A DNA stretch of 64,000 nucleotides from Sphagnum compactum. Its lineage: Eukaryota. Made by a program: the position numbers and the translations under genes. The stretch is taken from assembly GCA_965153455.1 (NCBI GenBank), contig OZ234493.1, positions 33,284,213-33,348,212 on the forward strand, given 5' to 3'. This document shows positions 40,616 through 56,693 of the stretch, one piece after another; the stretch's first letter is position 1, and each line of letters begins with the position of its first letter. The notes below the pieces were generated by a model that was not told where the DNA came from, did not search any database, and was given only the letters and a program-made list of their open reading frames with translations.

Positions 40616-42674
40616 CCCTCAGCATTGGAACAAAAATCAGCTTGCCTAAGAAGGGAGGAAGGGAGCTTACCTTGTAGTTCTGTTGTTCTTCACGCTTGCT
40701 CCAAGCTCTTCCCACCGGGGCGGTCCAAGCTCTTCTCCTTGTTTCTCCTCACTCTTTTGAAGCTCTACAACCCTAAACCCTCGTCCCATTGAATTTCAAG
40801 CGTTCGTGATGGAGGAAAGCACAAGCACAAAAGAGGGGTGAGCATAATGAGGGCTGGTTCAAAAAGGGTGGTAGGTAGGTTGGAGGAGGGGTAGGTAGGA
40901 GTTCCCCCCCCAAAAAAAATGGTGGTTAGAGTGGCAAAGAAAAAAAAATTAAAACCAAAATGAGCCCAGGAAGAAAAACAACAGTGAGCTCCCAAAAAAA
41001 CAAGTCTGAGGAAAAAAAAAAAGGCCAAGATGGATGGAAATAAACCACCGATGGATGGATGGAAATTACCGACCAAATAAAGTGACCCCTGGGGGACAGG
41101 TTCATCCCATCCATGAAATCCCAGGACGGGGTTTTTTGGATGGTGCACTGGTGGGTGCTGGGTCACTCAAGCCCTTTTTCTTGAAAATTTGAGTGCTAGG
41201 TCACTCGAAGCCCTTTGGCCCGAAAATTTGAAGGCATGTACATAACCAAAAATTTCTGGCATGAAAGTAATGGTTTAAGATTGGCATAGGTTTTTTTTTG
41301 GAAAAGTGTAAAGCCTGCCCGAGAAATGCAATACCCATCATGGAGGAAAATCTTACACAATGTAAACCATAAATCAGAAATTTTTACCACTTTTCTAGTA
41401 TATATTATTTATTTTGTTTTTAAAAAATTTAATCCAATTTGTCTACTCTAGCAACTTTGTATACTCCATTGCTTGCTTCTTGGTTTTGAAAGGGAAGAAA
41501 GGAAAGGAAAGGAAAGGAATAATGTTGTTGACTGATAATTAAATCGTGCATCATGCCATTTCTACTTGTTTAGTTCTTTGTTTTTTTTGTAAGGTTTTTA
41601 CCTACTTGAAAAAGGTGTATTAAGTAAGTATTTGAATTTTTTTTCCCCCATTTTGATAGTAAAAATAAAAATATTTTGAAATTCTTACATTGAGGTGGAG
41701 AAAAAAAATTGCCAAGTAGTTTTGCATTTACTTAGGCACGCCACATCATCACCAAGGTTTAGGGTAGGCCGTCAATAGTAATGTCAAACAGAATTTCTAG
41801 AACTTTTGCATTTCGGGCAGTTGATTTTTGAGAAAAAATCGACATTTATTGAATATAATGTCATTATTGCTTGAATGGTAAAGGTGCTATAATAATATTC
41901 ATGGCCATTTAAATTTTTTGGGAAATCCTACATATAAGCATAATTGCCTTTTAGTAGTTTGGCAGGTTATATTGAACTCACTCCTTGACAAGGGGTTTTT
42001 TCTTTTCCAATGGGTGTGATATGAATATTTTGGCAAAATTTTCCCGAAAAAGAAGCAAAAAAGTAGTTGAATTTACACAAGAAAAACACATTTTTCTCCC
42101 CAAAAAAAAAAATCACTACCCTTCACCCAATGAAGAAAGAATTCTAGGAGCTAATTGCGCAATTTTATTTTATTTTATTTTATTTTTATTCCCCAATTTT
42201 GATGTAGGATGAAGGTTTGATGTGAGTGTGAATTTTGGATGATGCATAGTGAATGAAAATGCATTTCTGTAACACATGCATAGTGAATGAGGATCTCCCC
42301 TTACCTCTTTCTATATCCTTGTTTTGCCCCACTTCATGCTTCATGCTTCATCATCCCAAGCTCCCACCTTTTTTCTCCTTCTTTCACAAGAAAACAAACT
42401 TGTCTTGTAAAACAACATGTAAGAAGTGATGGGTTGCAAAAACCTAAATTCCTGGTTCTCAGATCTAGATTTGACAATATTTTTTTACTATGGTTTGATT
42501 GGAAAAACTTGGGTTGCCTAGCTGATTTAGTTTTGTGTTTACTTTGCCCATTTGATTTGCTTGTGGGTGTTTCTGTATGGGTATTAGTTCCAAGTCCAAT
42601 GGTGTTGTAGTTTGGTACATCAATGTGGGTGGTTTCTAGTGCGGCGGACCCAAAACACACTTTCAGGTTTGGAA

Positions 42675-43379
42675 GCCACAGATCTGGCTACTGTGTGGTG
42701 GATTGGGTGTATGCTTGTTTCCCACTTGCATCTTGGAGTACTGCATCTCCATGTTTGTTTTGTCAAGGCAACCCAAGCTGACATCAATCCATCATGCTCA
42801 CATGACCAGAGAATCAGAGTGATCCTCTAGCATCCAGTGTTGGGTGGGTATTTGATTGTGATAATAACCGTAAGTTTGGATTACTTTTTCAAACATTTCA
42901 GAATCCATGAACATTATTAGTTCTAGTTATTTCAAAAACATGAAACAAACTGGAGTTTTTCATGAAAGACCCAGCAACTTTATAGCTGGTTTTCTTTTCC
43001 TCCAATATTTTTGAGAACCACAGTTATTCACTCTAAGAACTGCCCTGATACTTGTTGGAGTCTGTTCTTGTCTTTGATATTTGTGCTACATGCGTAGGCT
43101 CTGGATTTATCAAACTCAACATCAATGCACAAAAAACACTGATAGAATTTAGAATAAAGAACAACTTAGAGAACACCAGAATGTACATATGTTTGAGAGA
43201 ACCTTGTAGATGATGCGAGCATGGTGAACTGATGACACAATTGGAGAATCCATGCAATGGAAATGCAGTACTCCAAGATGCACATGGGAGGTATGCAAAT
43301 TGTATTGTATTGTATTCTCTGGAGAACAGACACACCCACAGTTTCACTCGGAATATGTTCATAGCCAGATCTTTGTAGC
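42675..43379. repeat. Diverged inverted duplication (arms ~42675-42810 and ~43207-43379)
   Basis: 42720-42752 matches the reverse complement of 43257-43289 at 30/33 positions, with a 20-bp perfect core tgcatcttggagtactgcat. Two further colinear blocks flank it. Confidence 0.85.
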
Positions 43380-46379
43380 AGCAACAATATACAAGATGTC
43401 GCAACTCCTGCATCAGGTATATAACTTAACTATTTAGAAACTTTGATGGATTGTGGACAGTTTTTCTTCTTAAAATCCAAGCATGACCTTGAGATCACAT
43501 CCTAAATCTCTAGGTGCAGCATTTTTTCAAAGCTTGGTTGATTCAATCCTTTAGTTGCTTAATCGTGGTACCCAAGATTATTTCATGGGTTGCTGATTGG
43601 AGCCTGGTCCTTTGTGGTAATGAAAGATTTTAACTATTTTTCGTGACTTTGTAATCTTCAACAACACATCAATGATTGAAAATTATTTGCGATTTTGCAC
43701 ATACTGATCTAAACATGCTTTGAAAATGTCAAGATTTTACCCTTTTTTCATTACTTTGCACAACCTCAATCAACAAAATCAGCAATTTAAAACTGCTTTC
43801 TATTTTGTCCATACTGATCTAGACTCGGGTTCTTTTGTCAACATTTGTGATATCGAAAATTTGACAAATTTTGCAACCAACAAAAAGGAAAAATTAGTCG
43901 AATTTAAATTAGAAAAAAAAGTCCAAAAATTCGCATTCTTCTGTTTTAAGAGTGACAAAATTTGTTGAAAGAAAATGTCGTTAATCCAGACATGGTTTGA
44001 AAATTGTGAGCCCTAGAGCACTAGTTCAATCATGACTGAGCATTAGTTGAACATAAGGTGAAGCCCCAAACAAGTGGTTCCCAATCACCTTCTTCAAACA
44101 TTTCCCTTTCTTGACCATGTGGTGTGTGTCCCTTGATCTTGTTATGTTCAAGCTCTCCATCAAATCCTTAATCCTTCTTTTCATGTTACATGGTCATAAA
44201 TTTTTGATAGCATCCTTTTATGCAATTGTGTGTTGACTTTGTGTTACCTTCTCACCATCAAGTTTGGAGTTGTGTTATACATGTATATGGTTTCAAATGT
44301 ACCCACCACCATGTAAGAATAAAAGGCAAATTTATTTACACTCCATGCCATTACCAAGGTTATTTGAATGTATCCAATAATTAAAATTTACATGATTTTA
44401 AAATCTTATAATAAATTGTACTTTTAAACCATATTTTGTATTTGTCAATCAAGACTAATGAATTAAAAAAAAGTTTCATTTACATATTTAAAGGTCAATT
44501 AACAATTGTATCATATTTGAAATGAAATTAACTAATTGTGTGTAATGGATGTCACACGTCATATGTAGTGGGATGTCTTAAACATTTAATTGGATGTGCA
44601 TCTTGTGTGATGGGCATTGATACATGTGTTGTTGTCATGTGAAATGTCATCCTATTATTTTCACTAAAATGATGATTTAATGAAATTGCACCATGGAATG
44701 TGCACATGTTTTGTTGCAGTGTAGGTAGGTTCTAAGATGGTTGGTAGGTAGGTAGGCTCAAGCTATCTATCTAGCTTAGATTATTAACTAGCATACGATA
44801 CAATGTCCCATTTGATTAAAGAACTATTTGTCATCTTGATTAGGGATATCCTTTTTTAATTTCCAATTTGATTAAATGTCTTATTTGACTAAACCTCATT
44901 GGCCATTTTGATTAAGGTGGTCAATTTTTGTTCAACTCGATTGCATAATTTATTTCACAAATAGTCAAATAGGTCATTTTGTTCAAGTTGATTCATTAAA
45001 AAATACACATAACATTCAAGCCCTAGGCCTTTAGTCCATATATGTACATCTCCTATAATAAAAAACTTAGGGCCAATTAATCAACTTGGATAACTTTAAG
45101 AACCATGTGTTTTTGTATTGAAATGTAAAGAAAAATCCTCACACCTATGGACACACACATGAACAAAATAAGTTGCAAATTCCAAACGTTGGCAATGTAA
45201 GTGTCATTTAGAGGTTTTACATTGTGGATATATGTGTATTTGCAATTACCCTGCAAACATTGGTTTGGAATAATAATCATTGAAGGTTGTAGAATATTAC
45301 CCCATTAATTTGTGTATAATTCAATATTTGATAGTTAAAATCATCCTCGTGGATCTAAGAAAACTCCATGGTAAGGATGAGGATACACAATGACAAAATA
45401 AACTGGCAACACAATCTTGTAACATTGTTGAACCTCTTCACTTTTACTCAAAGACCTCCACCCCCAAAATTGTGGAACTTGGAGGGGTTTTTTAAATGTT
45501 ATATCACACATTGGTGATATCTCATTCATGAATTTATGGCATCACATAGTTCGATTAGAGCATTTTTTATTATTAAAAATCAATCTTCAATGCCATTGGT
45601 AAAGAAGAAAGGGAAAAAAAAAATTATCGAAAAGAATCAATAGTTATTTTGCTCATTTACCTATCCACATTTCATAAAATCTTGCAACTAGGAATGGTCA
45701 AAATGTTACAACATTCTAAAATAGGATTTGGAAACACCACACAAATTGTTTTATTAGATATGCACAAAGTCCTTAAAAGTTGCTCAAAACAAAATGGAAG
45801 AATATTAAACATGATGTCTCAAAGTTTGTAAAGTGTCATGGTGTTGTGTAAACTCTATCATTACGATACATTTATAGATGATACATTTTAGAATGCTTTC
45901 ATAATATACAAGTTAAAGAAACTCAACTTTAGTGTGTTTTCACCTCATACTAAATTCACAAAAGAACTTGCAATTATCAAGCCCACAATTATTAAACCCA
46001 CTAAAGAACTTGTAGCTTACACTTTCCATAAACATTATTGTTGTAAAACCCAACAAGTAAAAAAACACATGAAAAACCTCCATAATTTGATTTCATAGTG
46101 CATAGAATGAAACTTAGGAAAGTAAAAAATTCAAAACATCAAGATTGAAACAAAATGTCAAACTTTGTAAATTAGAAATGTGTGTTGTCTTTCAATACCA
46201 GAAGGTGTTCAATAAGATCATTATACAAATTACAATGTGACTACTAATTTTCAATTTAACCTACATGTTTTCCATGTATGCTATAACTAACCCTTATCTA
46301 AATAGAAAGTGAAACATAGGCATTAGTTATAAAATTTGTCAAGCTACACATATTTTATAATCATGTTACATTAAGCAAT

Positions 46380-47230
46380 TAGATGTTAACAATTGCTTCA
46401 TGATCCCACTATTGTGAGAAGTTGAAAACTATGTGAAACCTCACTTGCACAACACCAAAATAATATTCCACATCCTTGTGAGTGACTTTACATAGTTGAC
46501 CAAAATCTTGAGATTTTTTATTTGAGGTTTATGAATTGCTTGTAAAAAGATAGACTAGCAAGGGTAAATGTTACCAAAGGTATTGCTCACCATCAAAACA
46601 AAACAAAAATTAGATTTTTTTAACAAATCGTGCACAACAAATCAACACTAAATGTGCATATATGTGACACATTCGAATCATTGTTACCTTTGAGTGATCT
46701 AAAGTGGGCATGTCACACACACAACTATTGGTTAGCTACAACCTTTAAGATAATTGAATTGTGTCCATCCAAATCTTTAATTGCTCCTACCAAGTAACTA
46801 AGAAAATCCTTCCATTTGTAATACATACAATCAATGAAACAAACATCCTTCACCATCCCCTCTTTGCATTGATCGTCAATGGGTTCTCTACATCCATTGA
46901 AGTGGTTAATTTGAAGTATTGAAGTTCAAAAACAAATTTCATTATTGCTTGCACATATCTTCAACTATTATGTTTTCTTAGGTTTACAATTTTTGTTGTA
47001 AGAATCAATAATAAGACCATATGCCAACATTGTAGCATTGAGGTGTGCATTTATGCACATTGACAAAATGCTTTGACCATTGCATGCATCTTTTTTTGTC
47101 ATGAAATATGGGTCCCTCACATTCACAACCTCCATCATGTTTGAGAAAAGATCACATCTCATGCAATAGTGTTGTCGAAAGACATCATTTGAAATAAGGA
47201 TCTTTGCAAAGTAGTTATACCAAATTGTTT
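46380..47230 (-). mobile_element. Second PIF/Harbinger-type transposase relic (Plant_tran-like)
   Basis: MRCDLFSNMMEVVNVRDPYFMTKKDAC...MLAYG, followed by SIDCMxxxWK-like and RKDVExxFGVxQ-like remnants, with many lesions. Confidence 0.75.
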
Positions 47231-47703
47231 ATGACTTACAATTCATTATCTATTTACATTTATTTATACTTGTTCAAATCAAAGATTTTACTATAGGATT
47301 TGTTAATGGGATTTATTTCAAAGGATTTGAGAAACTTTTTTGAAAGCAAAATTCTAGTTGGAGGATAAGTGTTGTCAATGATAAAAGTTGATTACAATTG
47401 GGATATTCAAAATGAAGTGGCATGTCAAGGCTTTATTTTTTGGGTTTGCTAGTTATTAAAAAATTTGTAGAATGAACCTTTCCAATACATATTTAAATCT
47501 ATATTTGCATTAGTGTTGGGTGATTCTCACATTTTTGTGAAGACTCCTAGTTTTAGTTCTTGCTATGAAATGTGAGAACCAACAAAAATAAATATTTTCA
47601 ATTTTGAGTGTTTGATTTGAGTATCAAAAAAAAATTGTGTGATATTCATACATGTCAATCCGCATTAGTGAGATACCCACATGTATCAATTTGATTCTAA
47701 AGG

Positions 47704-47857
47704 CACTACAACAAAAGGTGTCCTTGTACGCCAAGTGATTTCACTGGATTTTGAGTGAATTTATTGGTTGTAGTGAACGGGGACCAATGAAGAAACAGTG
47801 AATTCACTGCTCTAGTGAACAAGGACTAGTGAACTGCACCCACATTTTGTAGTAGTG
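47704..47857. mobile_element. 154-bp non-autonomous CACTA (En/Spm) element
   Basis: TIRs CACTACAACAAAAGGTG / CACATTTTGTAGTAGTG; 3-bp TSD AGG at 47701-47703 and 47858-47860; internal AGTGAA/TTCACT repeats. Confidence 0.93.
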
Positions 47858-49372
47858 AGGTGAAGTGTGATAACCACATGTATCAACTTGATTCTAAAGG
47901 TGAAAGGTTTAAAAATAGTTTAAATATAAGTAGATTCCCCACATTGGGTTTGAGGCTAAAACCATATAATGTTTGTACAATGAACTTAATCACTAACCCA
48001 CATGGCTTCATGTGGGAGAACAATCATAAACTTTGATTTAAAAATTTACACATATACCAAGATCAATGTTAATTTTTTTTTAATTTTTTTATCTAGCCTA
48101 AATGATGATCATCCATTGGAAGATGTCATGAGAAATGACAAAAGTCCTTAGGAAGATTTAATGAATTTGGCTTTAAACTATAAACCAAATATGGAATAAA
48201 AAATTTTAATCAACCTTTTCTATTCATGGTTACACTATGAAAACCAGGTATAAAAATCTAGAAAACTTTAATATATTTTTCATTTCTAGCAATGGAAATT
48301 TCTCTAAAAATCATTTCATTTTCAAAAAATATCTTTTATTTTATTTTTTGGTGAAATTTTGCTAATAAAATAAAGTTAACCAAGATGGGAGATCTTGACA
48401 AGTTTAAAATTCTAATCAATAAACCACAACAAACATTTCCACATATGGGCATGTTGTATGATGATAAAAGCATTTCCAAATATTTGAAACATCTAGGGTT
48501 CGATATTTGAAAGAATGTAAAACTTCAAATTCAAACATATTATTCTTTATTTGACTTCTAATTTTAAAATACAAAGTATGGGTATCTAACCTAAAATTCA
48601 TTCAAAAATAACAATAGAAAATTATTATATCTAGGCATTGGAAAAGATGAGTTTAAGACTTGATGTTATGAGAAAAATAAATAAATAAATACATATTAGA
48701 AGTCATGAATGTAAATGCTAAATACATGTTTTTAAAATGAAATATAAACAAACCTCATAAACAAAAGCATTTTGTGCTAATAAAGGAACACAATGTGATC
48801 CCATCCTCAAGATTCAACATTCATATGACAATTTATGATGATATAATGCAATAATAATCACTATGAAAAATATGATTGTAATAGTTATAGATAATAGGTT
48901 TTTACAATTACACTTAAAAATTAAGTTACAATCAAATTCATTAATATGAATGTCAAATTATAAACACCATATGTTGAATAAACATTGTTTAGTCACAAAA
49001 TCAAATTAAACCCTAAATATAAAAAGGTTAACTATGACTTAAAAACGTATTATTTTGGATTGCTATAATTGACAATGAGAGTCTCTCATATCATTTTATA
49101 CTAATTTAATGATTTGTGCAAAAGGTTTGGTTAAAACACTAGTTTCATTCTATTTTTTATTTTTATTTTTAATTCCTCACAATTTTTATTTTTCTTTTTG
49201 ACAAGAAAATTGGGAATTTTTTAATTAAAAAATTCTTGTGTAAATTGACTGATTTTTGCTACTTTTTTTGGGTGAAAGGTTTCGCCAAATTTTCGATATC
49301 ACAAAATGTAATACTTAAATTTTTAAACATTTAAATTAAAGAGAATCAAATAAATAGATAAAGGTCACATTT

Positions 49373-49503
49373 CTTTGAGTTCCCCACCCGACACTTCATC
49401 TGAGCCGTCAATATCCTTTGAGTTCCCACCCCACGCTTCTTCATCTGAGCCGTCGATGTCCTTTGAGTTCTCACCCGACGCTTCATCTGAGCCATCGATA
49501 TCC
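49373..49503. repeat. Three ~42-45-bp tandem copies directly upstream of RPL7
   Basis: ctttgagttc..cacc..ac.cttc..atctgagcc.tc.at.tcc occurs three times. Confidence 0.9.
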
Positions 49504-49537
49504 ACAGAAACCGTGACGAGACTGTAGCCGTTTGATA

Positions 49538-49554
49538 TTAGGGTTAGGGTTAGG
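49538..49554. promoter_or_regulatory. Telo-box-like (TTAGGG)n motif in the RPL7 proximal promoter
   Basis: ttagggttagggttagg lies ~110 bp upstream of the ATG. Telo-boxes are established elements of plant ribosomal-protein promoters. TTAGGGTTT also occurs in RPL7 intron 2 (~50280) and RPL10 intron 2 (~53997). Confidence 0.45.
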
Positions 49555-49664
49555 TCGTCTTGGTCGTCCCCATCTTGGAGCAAATATGCTTGTTGCGAAC
49601 ATCGTCGATCCCTTTTGCTCGTCGCTCTGAAGCTGTCGTGCCGCAGCGACGAGAGATCGCGAAG

Positions 49665-51324
<1,660 letters not shown>

Positions 51325-51996
51325 TGTTGTCTGGAAAGGCTTTTTGTTCATTCCTGATAAGGGTTTCTAGCCAGACACAACATGACAGGGTTTTTCAGTG
51401 TACGATGATGTGGAGCACGATTGAGAAATGAGGCTTGGATTATATATTCTAAAAGCTGTTTGTTCTGAATGTTTCTAAATTGCTATCCTATGTCTTTCTC
51501 CCTCAAATTCTTATGATTTGATTGTTTGCAATGCGGAGGAAGGTAGAAATGTTGTGAAAGTCGAGTGTGCGCATAGCCCTTATGTTTCCAAAATGAAACT
51601 TGAAATTCATAAAAAGAGGCAACTTCATAATCACCTTCGGGTTTTCGAAAAAAGATAGTGCAAGGATCAGGCAATGCTTATAGCATAGGAAAAGGCCATT
51701 TAGCAATACTCAAAATATGAAAGTAAAAAAAAATCTGAAGCACCCTTCCATGTTGTAGGCAGCTGTGACAAATTTTGGTTAATTTTAAGAAATTTCATCC
51801 CTTCTCTAGCGATTTTTTTCAACCCAAAAATAAGCAAATTTGAGAACAGAATATTCATTTTTTTCCAAAACATTTTTCACAAAATGGCGAAAATTCACAT
51901 TTAAAAAAAAAAAAAAAATTCACTAGCAGACTGGCGAGCTTCTCTGTTTCTGTTCTCTTTCCAGAACTTAGCATTGACTTAGAACTAGGTGTGAAC

Positions 51997-52330
51997 AGTA
52001 TTTTCATGTTTTTAAAAAGAAATTTCGCCAAATTTCGACCTGAAAAAACATCATTTCGATCAATACAAAGGATTTTCCATGGAAAAAATGGCACAAATTC
52101 GCCAGATTTTGAAAAAAAAAAAAAAACAAATCCAAACCCAAATCGCCAGATTATTATGATCAGTTCCAATAGGTAGCCAAGAAAATGGAAGGATTCTGGA
52201 TTTCTTTTTCTTTTTTCCCCCCTACTTTCATATCCAGTACGTAGCCAAATCTGGCTAAATTATCTTATGGATGAACACCACATCAGCTACATCACAAAAT
52301 TGAAAAAAAAAAAAAAAAAAAAAACCAGTG
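51997..52330. mobile_element. Member of a dispersed MITE-like repeat family (related segments near 5210-5335, 18950-19070, 42000-42100, 43835-43970, 49200-49310)
   Basis: Shared motifs (g)ccaaattt...atcacaaaattg plus poly(A), and aaaattagtcgaattt, occur in both orientations. Termini and TSDs were not resolved. Confidence 0.5.
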
Positions 52331-52492
52331 GGTCACAGACTTCAGTGATTAATTTATGGCGAATTTTCGCCACTTGGCGACCAAAAAAAAGTTTGGAAAT
52401 TAAAGGAAATTTTGGTTTTTTTAGTGTAAAAAAATGCCAATTTTTTTGGGAAAAATCGCCAAACTCTGGAAAACCTCAGAATTGAAATGGAA

Positions 52493-52528
<36 letters not shown>

Positions 52529-53054
52529 ATAAAAATAAAAATAAAAATGGTGAATGATGATGCTTAAAAAAGCTTTTTTTTGCTATAAAAGAAACTCAAA
52601 AGTTAAGGCCAAAGTAAGGGACGGCAAAAGTAAGAGCCCCGGTACCAAACAACTCGTTTCCAGGGAGCAGTTACTCGGCCTTCATGCGCCAACCCATTTC
52701 ACAGCTCCAGGACACCACGAAGGAAGGTTCGAACCCACCTTCTCTCTCTCTCTGTCTCCCATGCGCCTCCTCTCTTGATTTGCACACCAAGTTTGCTTCA
52801 AATATTTGCAGCAGTAGCAGCTCCTTCTCTTGCACTTTCCCTTACCTACTCTATCTATATATATATTTTCTTCTGCTGCTCTCATCCTTGTTGTTTTTTC
52901 TCTCACAATTCGCTCTTACAGAAAAACTATTTCTCTCCATCCTTTTCGTGTTTTGTTGTTCTTGCAGCTCTGTTCTGTTGTTGGCTCGGTTCGTTTGGTT
53001 TGTAGCTTCCCGACTGAGAGGTGTTGTTGCACTGGGTGTTGTTTTCTTCCCATC

Positions 53055-54616
<1,562 letters not shown>

Positions 54617-54723
54617 AGCCAGCAATCTACTACAGTGTACAAACATCTTTATTGATGGGGTCTCCATCCAGATAAGACAAGATAGAAGAAGAAGACCAAA
54701 TTTTCAGAGGAACCTTGCAGGCA

Positions 54724-54810
54724 AACAGATTTTGAGGAAGGAATTCCATGTCAATCTGAATAGATTTTGAGGAAGGAATTCCATGCCTATCTGAACAGAT
54801 TTTGAGGAAT
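54724..54810. repeat. 35-bp tandem repeat (about 2.5 copies) in the RPL10 3' region
   Basis: aa(c/t)agattttgaggaa... starts at 54724, 54759 and 54794. Confidence 0.9.
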
Positions 54811-55242
54811 TTCTGTGCCAATTTGTAATCTTCAAGTGTTGTGCAAAGCATGGTCTATGTCTTGACACTGAAATAAAATGCATGAAAATCATGTATCTCT
54901 TTTGCTCTACTTGACTGGGTTTTTTAAATCTCAAAGCAAATATGGGGTTTTTTATTACCAGTCACAAAGTTTTAATCCTTTCTCAATTTCTGCAGCTGGT
55001 AGCCAAGGCCCCACATCGTTATGGACAATTGGGTTCAATCTCAGGGAATGTCTGCAAATTGTTATTTCTTTTGGTTATTTAGGCAACTGTAGGTTTATGA
55101 TATGAGCAGCGATGAGGGTTTGGAATCTGGTTGAACCCGAATAATTTCCTGGTCACAGTTGTGTCTCTATTTTCATGCATCTACTTACATTACATGAATT
55201 TTTTAGAAATCATCAACACATAGGAATTTATTTCTGTAGCAG

Positions 55243-56207
55243 GAAAAGGCAGAAGCACAACTCACAAGGCCATTGTTGGAAGTAGCGGCAAGGGTGCCAC
55301 CGCCCATGTCCACTCCACCTTCAACCCCTGTAGACAATGATGATGGAATCTCTAATGATGGTGGGTTACAATTCTTTAGTAGTTTTTCTTTCTTCAGTCA
55401 TTCCTTGCACGGATCTGTCACTGGAAGGCAAAAGTTAAGGTATTTTTTGCTGGAAAAAGCATTTTTTCATTATCTTTCTTCCAATGTGCATGTTCTGCTC
55501 AAATTGTGAAAGTGGTGAGAGGACAGTTCTCTGTGTTGCAACTAACTGTGAGACAGCTGGGATTCATGCAGCTATCAGGGGACCAACAGGGCATCTGTTT
55601 GAACATAATTCACAAATTGTTGGTCAAATTCAAGCCAATCTTGCTGCCTGCAAGGTAAACATTGCTTATAAGCAACTGCAACTCAGCTACACATCACAGT
55701 TACTAGAACACATGAAAAAAAGTTTCTACCCACCTGCTAAACTTGGGTGCCTACCTGGCTTTGGAATGTAGTGCAGAGGAAAGACTACCTAAGGCAGAGG
55801 TATGGGCTATCATTGACATTCATTCTGTGGGGTCCTTGTGCGGGTGACAGATTCAAGAAAACACAGAATCGCTGGTGCAGTTCAAGGACAACATTTTTGC
55901 AATCTTGAATGGGTAAATCACTGTCTTTAGTCTTGCACAGTTTCCTCTCCCGTTTGGTATCTCATTAGACACTTTGCTTCTTTATATTGCTTCTGTTTTC
56001 TCCAGTTGTTGACAGGACCTTTCTTTATCTGCTTGATGCAGGATGACAAACATGCCTGGTATTATGAGCCAAATGCCCCCAGTACCAGTGATGCTGATCT
56101 TGGAGCTGGCTGATAGGATTTGCAAATGCCTCAATCATCAAATCCTCTACATCACTAGTAAGTCATTTAGGAACACGATAGATGGGTATCAGGAAATCTG
56201 TAATTGA
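55243..56207 (+). pseudogene. 5'-truncated DUF3755-family gene; exons 55243-55360, 55572-55654, 55851-55912, 56042-56207
   Basis: The spliced product EKAEAQ...PVDNDDGISND/AIRGPTGHLFEHNSQIVGQIQANLAACK/IQENTESLVQFKDNIFAILNG/MTNMPGIMSQMPPVPVMLILELADRI matches the DUF3755 C-terminal consensus. No upstream SANT-like exons or start codon were found. A 1-nt deletion is probable near 56120. Confidence 0.78.
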
Positions 56208-56693
56208 ATTAGAAGTAGAGACAAGTTATACGTCTCCTAAGGTATTTTAGCAGCTTGCAAGTACTGATGGTGCAAAAGGTAAATGTTGTGAGCACAAAGT
56301 GATGAATTTCCTACCCTTTTCAATTTGTTATCACCCCATCCAGTACAAACCTTCATATCTATGTCTCTGAATATCATAGTTGTCAAGTTCAAAGTCCAGA
56401 GGTTGATGGCAGAATTGCACAACAAACAGTATATGGATTTCTGGCTCTTATGTGGTGGGCATCATTTTGTCCATTGGAGCTTGATCACCTAGCTTATCTT
56501 AAACTGGAAATGTCTGCACCATGGCTTTCCTCATCATTTGTGAGTTAGCATTATTTTACTTCTCTAGAAGCCACACTCCAATGAACAGGTGTGGTCTGTT
56601 AGCTGAAAATGGGCACAGATTTCCAGCTGTAAATCAATGCGGCCAGAAGAGTGGGCTGTTGACACAAATGTGTCAATGGTGATTTGGTATCAC

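Larger units (their letters stand above)
34129..41174. mobile_element. ~7-kb non-autonomous TIR DNA transposon with nested insertions
   Basis: Left end gggccaaagtgaaccaacacccaccagtgcacca; right end reverse complement gggcttgagtgacccagcacccaccagtgcacca. Both ends are flanked by TTT. ACCT-rich left and AGGT-rich right subterminal arms; more than 20 internal GGTATTG/CAATACC-type motifs. Confidence 0.7.

Noticed and set aside
49365..49583. Acidic 72-aa minus-strand ORF with DIDGSDE repeats
   Set aside because: It is a translation of the promoter tandem repeat, with a non-ATG start and no other support.
52726..52736. tRNA gene suggested by GGTTCGAACCC
   Set aside because: It is an isolated B-box-like motif with no acceptor stem, D-arm or anticodon arm.
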